A stretch of DNA of 63,770 bases, counting the filler, from Hausera hauseri (taxonomy: Eukaryota), in the NCBI GenBank assembly GCA_046269625.1. It is 12 parts of 12 records of this genome, joined end to end, with 100 filler letters (N's around TTAATTAATTAA, not from the genome) between each part and the next. Parts side by side here need not be neighbours in the genome. Positions count along the whole stretch, not along the records: positions 49,864 to 55,078 come from JBJURY010305610.1; positions 55,179 to 59,117 come from JBJURY010872848.1; positions 59,218 to 63,770 come from JBJURY010530344.1; 9 more parts are not named here. The stretch is one strand, 5' to 3'. Shown here in pieces: positions 50,781-63,662 of this stretch; within the stretch, counting starts at the first letter, position 1, and every line of letters begins with the position of its first letter. The position numbers and the translations under genes are program-made. Under the pieces are notes generated by a model, which was not told the origin of the DNA, made no database searches, and worked only from the letters and a program-made list of their open reading frames with translations.

Positions 50781-52862
50781 CATGAACGAATTACCGATAA
50801 CAACAAAATCGGCAGCGGCAGCAGCACCACCGCCACCACAATTGGTATTGACAACAAAACCCATCCAATTACAACAACATTTACAATGCTCAACTCATCT
50901 ACTGCTACTCAACAAACATTGCCAATACAACAACAACAACAACCCTGTCTTACTGATTGTTACAGACAACTAGTAGACAGCACATGTTACCTCAGTAATG
51001 GTATTACTGTACACCGATCCTCACTTAACAAGGACCAGTCACCAAATGCTAATAGTTGTCAATTACTGCAGTCCTTTGTGCAAAGTGAAGATCAGCATTT
51101 GCAAAGAAAAGGAGCTGGAGAACATGTGTTGTATCCATCAATCGTAGGATCAAACAATACCAATGGAGTTGCTTTGTGTTATCGTGGAACAGCCAATAAC
51201 AATAATAAAGTTGGACATGATGAACAAACTACAACAGCAACAGCATCAGCATCAACACATATGGTCCACTATCCGGTGAGAAATAATGTAGGTGGTAATG
51301 GGGGTGGCAGTCAAATCCTTATGCTCATGAATAATCAACAGCAACGGAAAATACTCAATGAAAAGACAGATTGTTCATATCCCACAACAGATACAAGTCA
51401 ACAAATCCCATTCAGTTCTCTGCTCACTGTTAAACCACAAATTGTTGGCCAACAGCGGCTAGCAACTACACAACAAATCATATCGATATCACCTGCAGAT
51501 CTACAACGACTGACTACCGGTGATCACGCTGTTCTCCCTGCCACCGACTATGGCACTATTCGCAATTCAGATAAGTCATCAAACAACAGTGACAAAATCG
51601 GCCAACTTATCTACCAGATTACCCCAACTGTCGGGACGACTAGCCATTTCATTTCAACAAACTCCCTTCCAAAACCTGTGACAGTTCAGTCGTCATCACC
51701 AACTGGTGTAACACAGAAATTCCTCATTCTACCAGACGGTACAATATCAGCACTAACTCAGCAGCAGCAGCAACAACAGCAACAACAATCAGCAACAGCA
51801 ACCATCGGTCGTCCTGTGGTACAGCAACAGGGAACCGCTGTATTTGGATGTGTATCGGCTGGTAGCGGTGGTCATCAGTATTTCATCAATAACGACAAGA
51901 TATTCATCACAACAGCAGCGTCACATGGACAACAAACTAATGCCGGTGGTCAGTCTATCCTGATGCCACATATTATCAGTCAGCCTACAGATGTATCCAT
52001 ACAGCAGCCAACATGCGTCGCTCTTATTCAACAACAACAACAACAGCAGCAGCAGCAGCAGCAGTATGGCCAACATAAAACGAACAAATTGAAAACGACA
52101 AATGGTGGGCTCAAAGCGGATGCGCTAGATCAGAAAAATCAGCAATTTAAACTACCGCAAATGCAGACCGCAGGTGCTTTCCTCATAACGAGTTCGTCAA
52201 GTGGTGCAATGAAACAGCAGCAGCATCAGCAACAACAACAACAATACATTTTGTCAACGTCATCAGGTGACCAATTGCACAAGGTAGATATGACCAATAC
52301 AACACCATGTGGTGATGGTAGCAAGCCATTTGATAGTCAAATGCAGCATATGGACACAACAGATAACAGCAATGATATAATAATTCAATCACATCAGCCA
52401 ATGGTCATTCAACATCATCAGCAGCAACATCCGCATCAGACAACAGCCAGAATCCACAGGCGACAATTCTCAAAAATGACTACAAATAATTCCGATGAAT
52501 GTAATCAATCATCTACAACAACTATCGGCCCTAATCAACACATCCTTATCAATGGTTGTTTCACAGATCAATTTGGTCATGGATTGCCTCAATTAGCAGC
52601 CGCCACAAATTGCCCCTCATTCACAATCAGTCAAACTCACAGCTCATTGAAGGCAGGGCCTCCTCCACTCGTCATATCTCAGCAACTTCTACAAGGCCAA
52701 TCAGTTGGAGGGCAACTTAGCAATAAACAACCGTTCATTGATGGAAGTGCATATCATCAACATCAACATCATCAGTATCAGCACGGTAGTCATGGTCAAC
52801 CTACTCAATTCAGTCAGATGCATGGAACTGGTTCAGATGATACGCAATTGGCTGCTAGCGAG
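50781..52862 (+). CDS. Large exon of a Q/T/S/H-rich low-complexity host protein
   Basis: ~700-codon open frame with polyQ tracts; TTACAG acceptor before 50781 and GAG|GTAATT donor at 52862. Confidence 0.7.
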
Positions 52863-53406
52863 GTAATTGATAAATTTCATTTTATTTTGATGATCACGAT
52901 GTTTTGGGGTTTTTGTGGCGAATTGGTTAGAGGGGGCTTGGTTTACTGCATTCGACATTGATTATGTAACATAGAACTGTAATTTTTTTACATACTCTGC
53001 CTTCTTCAGGATATCTTGAAATTTCTTCAAGAATTCTACGGATAATAAGTATTAAATATGAGTTCATTGATTAGGACGAACTGATCACACATTTTATGAT
53101 TGAGAACTATGGAATAATGTCATACTTAAATTTACAAATGTTGTGTTTTATCCAATGATTTGAGGATTTTCAATTTTTGTACGGTCACCTTTATGATATG
53201 ACAAATTTAATTTAGTTGACAAACAGTTTGAATAGTTTCTGTCGAATAATAACTTTAGGATTATTTATATTTCGGATGAAATTTCTTTCGAAATTCTTCT
53301 TTTTAACGGTGAAGTGTTTCAGACATAGAAACATGTTCGTCAATGAAATACGGATTTGTTGTGTAATACATCGTAAAAGGCGAATTCATATAAAATTTTT
53401 GTGATA

Positions 53407-54920
53407 CGGTGCGGCCAAAAATCTATCATCTTTTAGTTTTTGCGCATATTTTCCTTCACTTATGCAATACATCATAGCTGTAGACAATGCTGTACAGAGC
53501 GTCATTAAAATTCTACAAGATATTTTCAGAATAGAATCGGTTTATTTATTTATTTATCAAATAAAGTACAATCAGCAGGTATAAGTTCAATATTACAAAA
53601 TGCTGAAAATGTGACATGAAATGTAACTTTGCACGCATAATGTATTGTGTGCATCTTGTCGTTTGTAGGATAGCCTCGAGCATCTATTACATCTTGGCAT
53701 TTTCGGGATATGGAATCGATTAGGTTTCAATGACACTCTGGGTGATTTTCCGCCACTCTTCAAGCTGGCGGAACTTCTTATCCACGTTTTTGGCTTAACA
53801 CTCTTTAGGCACTAGCTAAACACATTCCAGAGGTGTTCAATGGGATTGAAGTCCGGGGATTGGCTTCGTCACTCCTTAAACTTCACTCCAGGCCTGATGA
53901 ATGTTTAGAATTATTGCCCTGCTGGAAAATGAACCCACGTTCAAAGACATAACGTGTATGTGGCAGCATAACTTTATTGAGGATCTCCACATACTCCTCT
54001 TTTTTATGATGCCATTGATATGCTGCAGAGGACTAACTGCGCGAGCACTGAAGCAACCTCACACCATCACTGAACCTCCGTGCTTGACAGTAGGAATCTG
54101 GTACTTTGGGTCGAAGCGTTTGCCTTTAGGACAACGGACATGAGATACCATCACTCCTAAACAGCATGAACTTTGATGTATCGCTCTAGAGGACTTTGGC
54201 TATTGCTGAGGAGTCCAGGTGAGGTGGTCATGTACAAACGCCAGTCAAGCTCTTCTGTTCTTTAAAGAAACCAGCGTTTCCTTGGTGGGACGTCGGCCAT
54301 GGAGTCCAGCTGTTTATAGACGACGTCGAACAGTTCGGATGGACATCTTAGCTCCATTGTTCTCAGCTAGTTCTTTGGAGATGTCAACTGCTGTCAGCCG
54401 AAGCAGTCGGAGCAGTATTCTGTCTACCAATCTGTTGGTGATACGTGGTCTTCCAGAGTTCTTCTCAACTTCCTTTTATCTGTACTTTCTTCAGACACTG
54501 AATTGTTTGGCAAGCTCCTTGACGCTGTCCAATCAATATCGCCACCATTGCCTCAATCGACAGGTTATTGCTACCAGTTACGGACCGTACTTCCAAGAAT
54601 AACAAAAAAGTAATAAAATTATATCCAACCAAATCACAATAAAACTGTTTTAAATATCTATATTTGGTGACGCCAATAATATGTAATCTTTCTCAAATCT
54701 TTATGGCTTAATCAGTCTACTTAGATATCTGTTCTTTGCAGCCAATGAAAATAATCAAAATTATTCTACCACACCGGAAATTTATATAATAATAATAATA
54801 AGGTTGAAACTTTCTATTTTATGATTCAAATGAAATAAAATTAATTAAAGAGAATAAAATTGAGTTTAAAGGAAAATATTCGCAAAAAACTAAAAGGTGA
54901 CAGATTTTTGGCCTTTACTG
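53407..54920 (-). mobile_element. Full-length Tc1-like transposon with ~50-bp TIRs and TA target duplication; transposase degraded
   Basis: TA|CGGTGCGGCCAAAAATCTATCATCTTTTAGTTTTTGCG... matches the reverse complement of ...CGCAAAAAACTAAAAGGTGACAGATTTTTGGCCTTTACTG|TA; SQSPDFNPIEHLW and TVKHGGSVMV motifs. Confidence 0.93.
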
Positions 54921-55178
54921 TATGTAAATTGTTCATTGGACGGAAAATACATGTGTGTGTGTGCGTCGTGTGGTGTCTCATATCTTTACCAAATCTGCCA
55001 CCCTCAAGTCATCAGGAATGACATCATCCGTAGTCATTCTCTACTACATTCGACATTGTTTAGTTCGTCATAATGCAGNNNNNNNNNNNNNNNNNNNNNN
55101 NNNNNNNNNNNNNNNNNNNNNNTTAATTAATTAANNNNNNNNNNNNNNNNNNNNNNNNNNNNNNNNNNNNNNNNNNNN

Positions 55179-55335
55179 ATTGGGTTTCGAACTCGGCTTG
55201 TATACTCGCACTATTCTCTTTGGATTTTGTTTTGGCGTGGACGACTTGGATTCAGTTAGACTGATCGGACTTGACATACGGACAGTATTAGGACTTACCC
55301 GTTTGTGTTTTTGGTTTGTTCTTTCTTTTTTTTTA
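55179..55335 (+). repeat. Direct repeat copy 1 (copy 2 at 58931-59075, 3752 bp apart)
   Basis: ATTGGGTTTCGAACTC(G/A)GCTTGTATACT... near-identical, each followed by a T-run. Confidence 0.85.
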
Positions 55336-55389
55336 CATTGTTGACACCGAGTCACAATGTATGGGGACTCTATACATTTGGTCATCCCT

Positions 55390-56175
55390 ACATGGAAGAG
55401 GAGTGGCGTGGGAAATTACTTGAGTGTGAGAATCCTGAGATGAAGGGGCTTCGGCCCAGTAAAGCTGGCTTAGCAGTTCCCAACAGGCCTGTTTGAGGCA
55501 GTAAAGATTATAAGTATGAGGAACAGGCCTAATGCCTTCCGGAAGGTTGAATTCCTTAAAGTTTGGAAGCAACCGAATATAACAAACTAATGGAAGTCCT
55601 TGTCACGGACCTAAATCGCGCCAACGTCCTCATTGAAGAAGGTGGAACCATGAAGGTAACAGACTTCGGGTCAGGGAGTGAAGTGAAAGGGGAAGCGCTG
55701 AGAACTTACTGTGGCACTGAGTACATGGCGCCTGAGATCCTGCAGGGCCGAGGTCTTGATGGCAAAACAGTGGATACCTGGAGCCTAGGTGTAATATTAC
55801 ATGAGATGCTGACGGGGCTGCTGCCCTTTAGAGGTGAAGCAGTGAATGAAGTGAAGAAACACATCATGGCCGGGCAATTCACAATAGCGAGTTTTCTGTC
55901 AGAGGAATGTCAAGACTTATGAAAACATTTAGTGACTCACAACGCCAGCGAAAAGTCAGCCCTGAGTGACCCACTAAAGGACCCCTGGGTAAATGCGCAA
56001 AAAGAACACCTAAAGCCCTATGGCGAAGTGCCCCAGGGTACCTGGACCCTCAAATCATAGAGCAGATGAGCCACATCGGATTCCACCATCGTGAGATACA
56101 AAAGGTGCTGACCAAAAGACTTATAATCACGTCATGAGAACATATCTCCTGCTAGAATCCAGGAAGCAGAAGAGG
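55390..56175 (+). pseudogene. Intronless MARK/sperm-motility-kinase-like Ser/Thr kinase pseudogene with UBA remnant (mammal-like DNA)
   Basis: GFGPVKLA..TG..AVKII, PNITKLMEV, internal deletion, DL..NVL, DFG, TYCGTEYMAPE, VDTWSLGVILHEMLTGLLPF, then DPQIIEQMSHIGF...YLLL. Confidence 0.85.
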
Positions 56176-56319
56176 GGAAACTCCTTGTGCCCATAAGGCC
56201 CTACCCTCACTCTCTTCTCATCATACTGCCCTTGGCTCAGCTATCGGAGAAGGACTCAGCCAGTACCCAAGGAGGAGGTATGTGCGACTCAGAGTCATGG
56301 GTGAGCTCTCCTCTGTTCA

Positions 56320-57120
56320 ACCTAGTGTCCCAGGCCAGCACTCCCCCCTCCGGCGACAAGGCCAGGGCCAGAGCTCCACCATCCGGCCATGAGGCCAGAA
56401 GCCAGTGCCATACCATCCAGCCCAGCATCTCTAGCCGGCGCCCCACCACCCGGCCATGAGGCCGGGGCCAGCAGTCCACCACCCAGCCCCAAGTCCTGAC
56501 CCAGCACTCCACCACCTGGCCCAGCATCGCTGGACAGTGCACCACCACCCGGCCACGAGGCCAGGGCCAGCATTCCACCGTCATTTCCCAGGTACATTGC
56601 TCCACCATCTGGCCCAGCATCCTTGGCCAGCACTCCATCATCTGTCTAGGAGGCCAGGTCCAGCGCTCCATCATCTGTCAATGAGGCCAGGTCCAGCGCT
56701 CAACCAACCAGCCCCAGGTTCTGCCCCAGCATTCCGCCATCTGGACCAGCATCCCTGGTACGCGCTCCACCAAAAAACCAGGAGACCAGGGCCAGCACCC
56801 CACCATCCGGCCCAGCAACCCTAGCCAATGCTCCACCATCAAGTCTGAAGACCAGTGAACCCCTCTCTGGGCAAAGGGCCTGGGCCAGCACTCCAGCATC
56901 ATTTCGCAGGACCGCTGATCCACCATCCGGCCCAGCATCCTTCACCAGCGCTCCATAATCTGTCTATGAGGCTGAGGCCAGTGCTCCACAATTCGGGCCC
57001 AGGACCAGTGATCCACCATCCGACACCGGGACCAGGTCTCCATCATCAGACCATGAGGCCTCGGCCAGTCCTTCACCCACTCGGCCCCAGGATTAGTGCT
57101 CATCCACCCAGCACAGAACC
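56320..57120 (+). repeat. Pro/His/Ala-coding degenerate tandem repeat (CCAGCACTCCACCA.C units) downstream of the kinase
   Basis: PGPALHHL/PAQHP reiterations; many overlapping ORFs on both strands. Confidence 0.8.
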
Positions 57121-59217
57121 CATCATCACCACCTGCAGCCCAGCCCTCCAGCCTGACCCCTCCCCCACAGAAGCAGGATAAAAAGCCAGAAAAGGGTGTC
57201 TGAGTTGCCTGAGGGTGGAACCTCAGCCTCTCCTGACCACCAGCGAGGCTGGCGCAGGGCAACCAGGAGTCTCATAGGAACATTTTAAAAGTTTTCGTTG
57301 CACCCAGAAGAGATTGATCAGACAAACAGACGTAAGTCAAAATCTGAATGACAAAGTTGTTGAGAGCTAAGGCAAGATGTGAGTAAGTAAAGCATTTTAA
57401 ATGCTGATGTGGGACGTGCAGTATTCCAGGGAGGTGCACCCATGACACAATGGGGGAGCCAGAGACTTGAGGCCACCAGCTGCGGGCCGAGAGCGGTACC
57501 AGAAGTGCATGCCGTGTGTGCCAGGTGAGGTCTTGGTCCTCTATACATCTTCTGAGGATCCTGCATCTCCATAGCGGTCAGGAGCAGGTGCCCCAGAATC
57601 CCTACTGTGTCTAGATGACAGCCTGGAGCCCCCTGTGCATCAAGAAGAGAGTCTGCCCTCACAGTGGGTCCACCCCTTGGCCCTGTGTGAATTCGCACTG
57701 GATGTTTATTTCTGGGGCCCTTCTTCCTTCCCTCCCCTGTTCGCGGGGTTCTTAAAATCTTTTGTCCTCTCTTCTCAAAACTTGTAATAAGCTTGATGCT
57801 CCAGAGAGATGTGTTGGCTACCCTGTTCTTCATCGCCTCCACAGAGAATTGGGGTCTGCCTCCTGTAGTCGGAGAAGCGTGGAGTGATGCAGTACTTGGG
57901 TTTAGGTACGAGAACGCCCCCCAGTCGTGACTGCAGTTTTGAAGGGAAAAGGCCAGCGCCCGGCACGCCGGGCCGGTTCCAGACACCGGGGCACAGCAGT
58001 GGGTGAAGCAGGCAGCGTCTCCACTGCCGTGGAGCTGATGGCCTGGGTGCTCTGTGACGTCAGCTGGTGTCCTCTCTCTTGCCCCTTGGCTGTGCCCACT
58101 TCCCCCTGTGCTGGTGCCCCTCTCAGCAGGCTTTCCCTTTATGTAAGTCAGGCTCTTAAAGACTCTTCTTCCTCAGAAGTGTGCTCCGTGCAGAGGAACA
58201 GCTGAGTGAGACTTCTTCTGAATTAGTTAAAGAAACGGTTGGCCGTGTTTTCTCCTCTTCCCCCAAACTCTTCTCTGAATCTTGTGGACAAATATTTATT
58301 CAGTCCTTACTGTGCTGCCACACACTGTGCCCGACACAGGGAACACGACAGCACGAACTCATCGCTCCGCTGCTTTGTGTCATTGACTGCCCTGACCTAG
58401 GCCTGAACCAGTGCCGCAGGGTGAGAACTGGCGACCTCGTGATGGACGATTCCAAGCTTGAACTGGCAGCCCCACATTGGAACTGATGTCCTTGGGCTGG
58501 AACAGCTGTCCTCACTGCCCCAAAGGCGAGGACCAGACTTTTCACTTTTATTTATTTTATTTAACTTTTTTACCTCTTCCCCTTTTATTTTTAAAAAAGT
58601 CAGCATCATTCTTTAGTATCCCACATAAACAGAGAGCTCTTTGGGGTCCTTTCTGTTCTTGAGGGTCATGGGATGCCAAAGGGAGAAAACCACTGTGGTT
58701 TATCCTGAGCCGCGCTGGTCCATGATCGTCCCTGAGCCACATATCGTCATTGTGCTGGACTGATTTACTACCTATGGAAGGCCCTGGCTGGGCTGAGGGT
58801 TTTGTCTGTTAAGGCTCAAGGAGCATTATTGTGACCTGAGGTTTAGGATGTGGTTGCATTGCTTTGAGACTTGGACTCTGACTTGGACTCTTCTCTATGG
58901 TTTTTAGATTTTGGACTTTGACTTGGTTACATTGGGTTTCGAACTCAGCTTGTATACTTGCATTATTCTCTTTGGATTTTGTTTTGGCGTGGACGACTTG
59001 GATTCAGTTAGACTGATTGGACTTGACATACGGACAGTATTAGGACTTACCCGTTTGTGTTTTTGGTTTGTTTTTTTTTTTTTTTTTTTTTTTTTTCCCC
59101 TTTTTGCCCCCCAGCCCNNNNNNNNNNNNNNNNNNNNNNNNNNNNNNNNNNNNNNNNNNNNTTAATTAATTAANNNNNNNNNNNNNNNNNNNNNNNNNNN
59201 NNNNNNNNNNNNNNNNN

Positions 59218-59370
59218 GTGCTTAGCAATGGTGCCTAACGGCACCGTTGCTACGCACTTTTTGGATCGATAGTACACAGTGTGCACTATCGATCGGCACA
59301 TGTGCAAAATCGATTTATAGGTTACCCCCCCCCCGGAGGGGTGGTGCAGAACCGCCATTTTCTCACTACT
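59218..59370 (-). mobile_element. Polinton-type terminal inverted repeat end
   Basis: Ends ...TTTTCTCACTACT (5'-AGTAGTGAGAAAA on minus), then AT-rich flank; homologous to 41943-42100. Confidence 0.65.
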
Positions 59371-60638
59371 CGTAAGTATAATAAGGATTTTTTATTGTAC
59401 GATCACTTGACTGTCAGGGTCAGAGATTTAAACTTGGAAAAAATGATTTTTTATGTTTACTTTGTGTATACTGTACTTTTTCTCTCACCCTTAAAAGTTG
59501 GTAAGATTTTAAAACAAAGACAAGTTAAACGTCAGTAGAACTATGCTCACTAATAACAAATTTCGTGATAAGAACAATACTGCCTGTGGCAGAACAAGAC
59601 TCAATAAAGGCTTTAAAAGTTGAATAATTAGAAAAGGACATACGTGAACTGTGAACTTTAGCACAAAAACAGATAGATTTAAATCGTTTTTCAAAAAAAC
59701 GCAAGATACGCTGAAACATAAAAATTTATATTCGGGAGACAAATGTTATGTTTTGTGCTTTTTGCTTTCTCTATAGCTTTCACAAAATTAAATCTGAGAG
59801 TTAAACTCTTTTATTTAATTGATCAAATTGCTCACGTTTTATTGCTTCTGTAGAGAAATAGAATTCTAATCTTTCTTCAATACAAAATTTGATGTAAGAA
59901 AAAGTAATTAAAATGTATTCAGCGTATTTTTGAAATTTTATAAACAATTAATCAACAGTTTTAAATATATTAGAAGCCAAGGAATGATTTATAATCAAAT
60001 GTTATTTAATTGTATATCAAACTTTAGTGATGATTGCAAAGAAATGAGGAAAATGTTTACTTATCTTAGACTTTCTGTGAGTCTAGATTATGTCTTGTTT
60101 TATTTAGAACAAATAACAAAAATGTAACACAAAAATGTATTAATGTTTCAACAAATAAAAATAAATACACTCACTATTGTGAAATATGTGAACAAAAATA
60201 CTCAAAGGTAATCAAACAAATTGGAGTTTAAATCGAAAAATCATCAAGATTTGAATTGTAAACAAAATTTTCAGTTCATTTTGTTCCACTTTGCCTCAGT
60301 AATTATATGGTTCAAATGTCTGATTTTAGATACAAAATCGGGTGAGAGAATTTTTCTCTCTATAAGCCCGATGACCTATATTTAGATATTGATTATTAAG
60401 TAGCGGTCTACGACAGTAGTCTACAGCTGGTGGCTGTGCTATTCTACAACATTCCCCTACCCTTAAAACTGAACTTACAAAGGTAACAAAGAAAACTAAG
60501 CAATTGAGTAATATTTACACTAATCAAAAGAATACACAGATTACAAAATAAAAGAAATATACAACATAAAATTAAAGATGAAATGATGAATATACAATAT
60601 ACAGAAGGAAAGTATATAATGAAAGTCAGATCAACATG

Positions 60639-62473
60639 CAAATAACGTCACTGTCCAAAAGTTTATACTGTAATTATTTTCGAATTGTCTGATTTCCCGC
60701 TTATCCGTCCAAATCCACGCTTTCTTGATTAATTCTGTTGTTAATAACGTCTTCGTCATCTGGCTTGTGTCCTGATGGAATACGTTCAATAAGTATGAGG
60801 ACTGGTTGCGAATGCTTGATCAACAATAAATATTTTAGTTGTCCATTGAAGAATGTTCCGGTCACCGACTCGATACTATTAGAAGTAATCAACTTGACTC
60901 TTAATTTTGTACTGAACTGAACTCCGTAATTTACGGGTAGTTTCAGTACTACTGTCGATTTTTGATAAGGTACTAAAAATACTGGCTTTCTGGCCGCTGA
61001 TATATAGCACCAATAAATACATTTCGTTCGGAATTCCATTTGGAGAGCCTTTTGACAGAAATAGTTTTTCCCAGATAGTAAGGACGGACAATTTGGTGAA
61101 TTGGTACTGGTAAGTTGAGATAATCCTTCTTTATTAACATACCAAAATTGAATGTCACTTTTTCTGTATTAACCAAACAACGATCAATTTGTTGTGATAA
61201 TTTGTCAGAATTCCATAGTACTGTTTGAATTGCAACATCTTTATTTTGAGGTGGATGAGTTCATCTTCCAATTTCAATATCTTCTTCATTATCGGTTTTT
61301 GGAGCCAAAATTTGTTGAATGTCCATGTTATTTATTATATTTTCTGAGCATTCCGATTCTGGATCCTCTAGTGATATATTTTCTGGGGTGTTGAGTTCCA
61401 TATCTGCTTCTATGGGATCATCTATATTGTTTCTGTTATTAGGGTTAACAACACAAGCTTCTATTTTGTGCACCTAGGCGAAATTCTCTAAATATTTGTC
61501 TCGTCTGTAAAACAGTTTACCTATGTCTATCACATTCTCTAGTGCATTGTCTGGCATCCAATTTACTTGTGTCAATTCTCTGATTGTTTGAATTATGTCC
61601 ATTGTCATGTCCAACTTCCCGTCACTATGTTACTCATAGATTTGTCGGACCTAAATTTTGGCAACTTCAATTCTTTGGCCACATTAGTAATGCCTATTGT
61701 ATTGAAAGTAACACCTGTAACTTCAGGATGTTTTAGAATGTCTATAACTCCCGCTAAATAATTTGTGTGGATATCGAATAATTGTAACATCCTATGCGTA
61801 TCTATTCCTACTACAATGGTTCCCAATAGCCATTGTATTAACTCTTTTGATACTTCGAAGATATCATTTCCATGCGATTGTAAAGTTTGAAAATCAATTC
61901 CGTGCCTGCCCGTATTACAATTGTGAATCCTTTCTCTGTTAACGACGAGTGTAATATATAAAATTTTTCTTTTCACGTCAGATACGATGACTTCTAGTGG
62001 TATCGGGGTTCTGTCAGCCATGTAACCTAACGACAGGGTTAATATTCTAATAATGTTTGATTGGCTGGTATGTAAGTAATTCAGTCGTGAGTCCTTCATG
62101 ATGTCTCGTGGTGTCTGTGCCAATATCATGGGACGGGGCATTGATAAATGCTTCTTTGGTAGTAACCACTCGATCATGAGGATTGATGGTAGCCTATTTG
62201 GACAAAATTGTGTAAGGTTGACGCTGATGGGCGTATTTATGGCCAACGTTTCCTCCTCAAATAGTATAGCAATGTTAGACATTACATATTGTAGATTTTT
62301 CGATGTTTTAAGGACACCAGTGCCTCTTGCCACATGTATTATCAATCCGTCTATAGAAGGACATTTGGTGATGAATTCTTTAAACGATATTTGATGTGAT
62401 TCAGTGAAAGTAACAATTTTAACGTGACGGTTGACTGTCGGTCTGTATTTCAATTGATTTGGTATTTGCGTAA
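60639..62473 (-). mobile_element. Accessory region of giant retroelement, collinear with 12801-14700
   Basis: Bounded by CATG on both sides; contains the 282-aa ORF and downstream ORF pieces 61261-61473, 60973-61176, 60701-61039. Confidence 0.6.
61605..62453 (-). CDS. Protein with C-terminal DEDD/REX-type exonuclease-like domain (third copy)
   Basis: IPLEVIVSDVKRKILYITLVVNRERIHNCNTGRHGIDFQTL...FEVSKELIQWLLGTIVVG; upstream LPSILMIEWLLP..MPRPMILAQTP matches IPT*IMFELTL..KPLPPILYLQKP at ~14360-14450. Confidence 0.65.
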   Translation of the reverse strand: MKYRPTVNRHVKIVTFTESHQISFKEFITKCPSIDGLIIHVARGTGVLKTSKNLQYVMSNIAILFEEETLAINTPISVNLTQFCPNRLPSILMIEWLLPKKHLSMPRPMILAQTPRDIMKDSRLNYLHTSQSNIIRILTLSLGYMADRTPIPLEVIVSDVKRKILYITLVVNRERIHNCNTGRHGIDFQTLQSHGNDIFEVSKELIQWLLGTIVVGIDTHRMLQLFDIHTNYLAGVIDILKHPEVTGVTFNTIGITNVAKELKLPKFRSDKSMSNIVTGSWT

Positions 62474-62608
62474 CATGGTAGAAAAACTGTTCTGTGCAGA
62501 CTTAAACAGGGGGAGGCACAACATACAGCAGGCCCCCTCCATCATGGGAGTCTGTTGAAAAGTGAACTTCATCCCAAGCAAGTCTTCTTCTCACATCAGG
62601 GTTTGACA

Positions 62609-63034
62609 ATGTCTTCTTCACTCATGCAGACCTTTGGTTTTCTTTTCATATGGTTTTTATGTAAGATCTCAAACCTTATTGTGAACTTTCCGAATGTTTA
62701 AAACAAACTTTGACTTTGTTTTCTGTTTTTTCCACAGGTAAGGTGAGCGCTGTTACATTTCACCCAACTTCTCCTCAAATAGTGGCAGAGAACAGTGAGG
62801 TCCAGATTACCTGCCACCATGATGATAGTGCTCTTCTAGTGATGCTTTGGTATCAGCATAAAAAGAATACTAACACAATGACTCTCATTGGGTATGGATA
62901 TGAAAACTCCCAGAACTATGAGGGTGAATTTGAAAAGGATTACAAACTGAGCAGACAAAGCATACTTGAAGGATCTCTTACTATATTCAAAGCCAATTTC
63001 TCCCACTCAGCTGTATATTACTGCGCTGCCAGTA
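62609..63034 (+). CDS. TRBV: Teleost T-cell receptor beta variable gene segment (leader 62609-62660, V-exon 62738-63034)
   Basis: Leader, GT-AG intron, ITCHHDD..MLWYQ..LIGYGY..SAVYYCAAS. Confidence 0.9.
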
Positions 63035-63073
63035 CACAGTGATGTGGTTTAATGCTGTTCACTAACTAAAAAC
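63035..63073 (+). promoter_or_regulatory. 23-bp-spacer recombination signal sequence
   Basis: CACAGTG + 23 nt + ACTAAAAAC. Confidence 0.85.
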
Positions 63074-63155
63074 CCTCATCATTTTCCTGTACAGCAGATT
63101 TGGTTGTTTTTTTGTTTTACAGGTACTGATTGCAGCAGCACCACAAACTTGCAAC

Positions 63156-63623
63156 ATGTCACCAGCCATGATTTTATTGTTTCTTATCTTGCCTTCATGT
63201 AAGTTATGATGCATTCATATCAACAACTATAAAAAGCTATATACATTATCTTGTGTTATTTTCTAACCAACGTGATGTAAAAAAGCTCCTGTTTGAGAGG
63301 TTTTTTTTTATCTGCTTTGCCCACAGATCAAGCCAAGACTGTGACATTCCAGCCAACACATCCAAAGATAGCTAACATCATGGACAATGTGATGTTTGAC
63401 TGCAGCCACAATGATAATGGTCTAAATGTAATGCTCTGGTACCAACAAACAGAGAGTGGCCTTATGAATCTAATTGGATACAGCTATATTGGTAGTGACC
63501 CAGTCATTGGGAATGACTTTAAAACTCAGTTCCAGATTACAAGAAAAGACATTCAAACGGGAGGTCTGAATGTGAACTCTGTGAGCGTGTCAGATTCTGC
63601 TGTGTATTTCTGCGCTGCCAGCA
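63156..63623 (+). CDS. TRBV: Second teleost TCR beta variable gene segment (leader 63156-63198, V-exon 63327-63623)
   Basis: Leader, GT-AG intron, [29 protein letters not shown]. Confidence 0.9.
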
Positions 63624-63662
63624 CACAGTGATGTGGTTTAATGAAACCCCATTACTAAAATC
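63624..63662 (+). promoter_or_regulatory. 23-bp-spacer recombination signal sequence
   Basis: CACAGTG + 23 nt + ACTAAAATC. Confidence 0.85.

Noticed and set aside
56187-57262. Many overlapping ORFs on both strands
   Set aside because: By-product of a GC-rich, stop-poor tandem repeat
6889-59217. Regularly recurring TTAATTAATTAA palindrome
   Set aside because: Embedded in fixed N runs; an artificial six-frame stop linker, not a biological repeat
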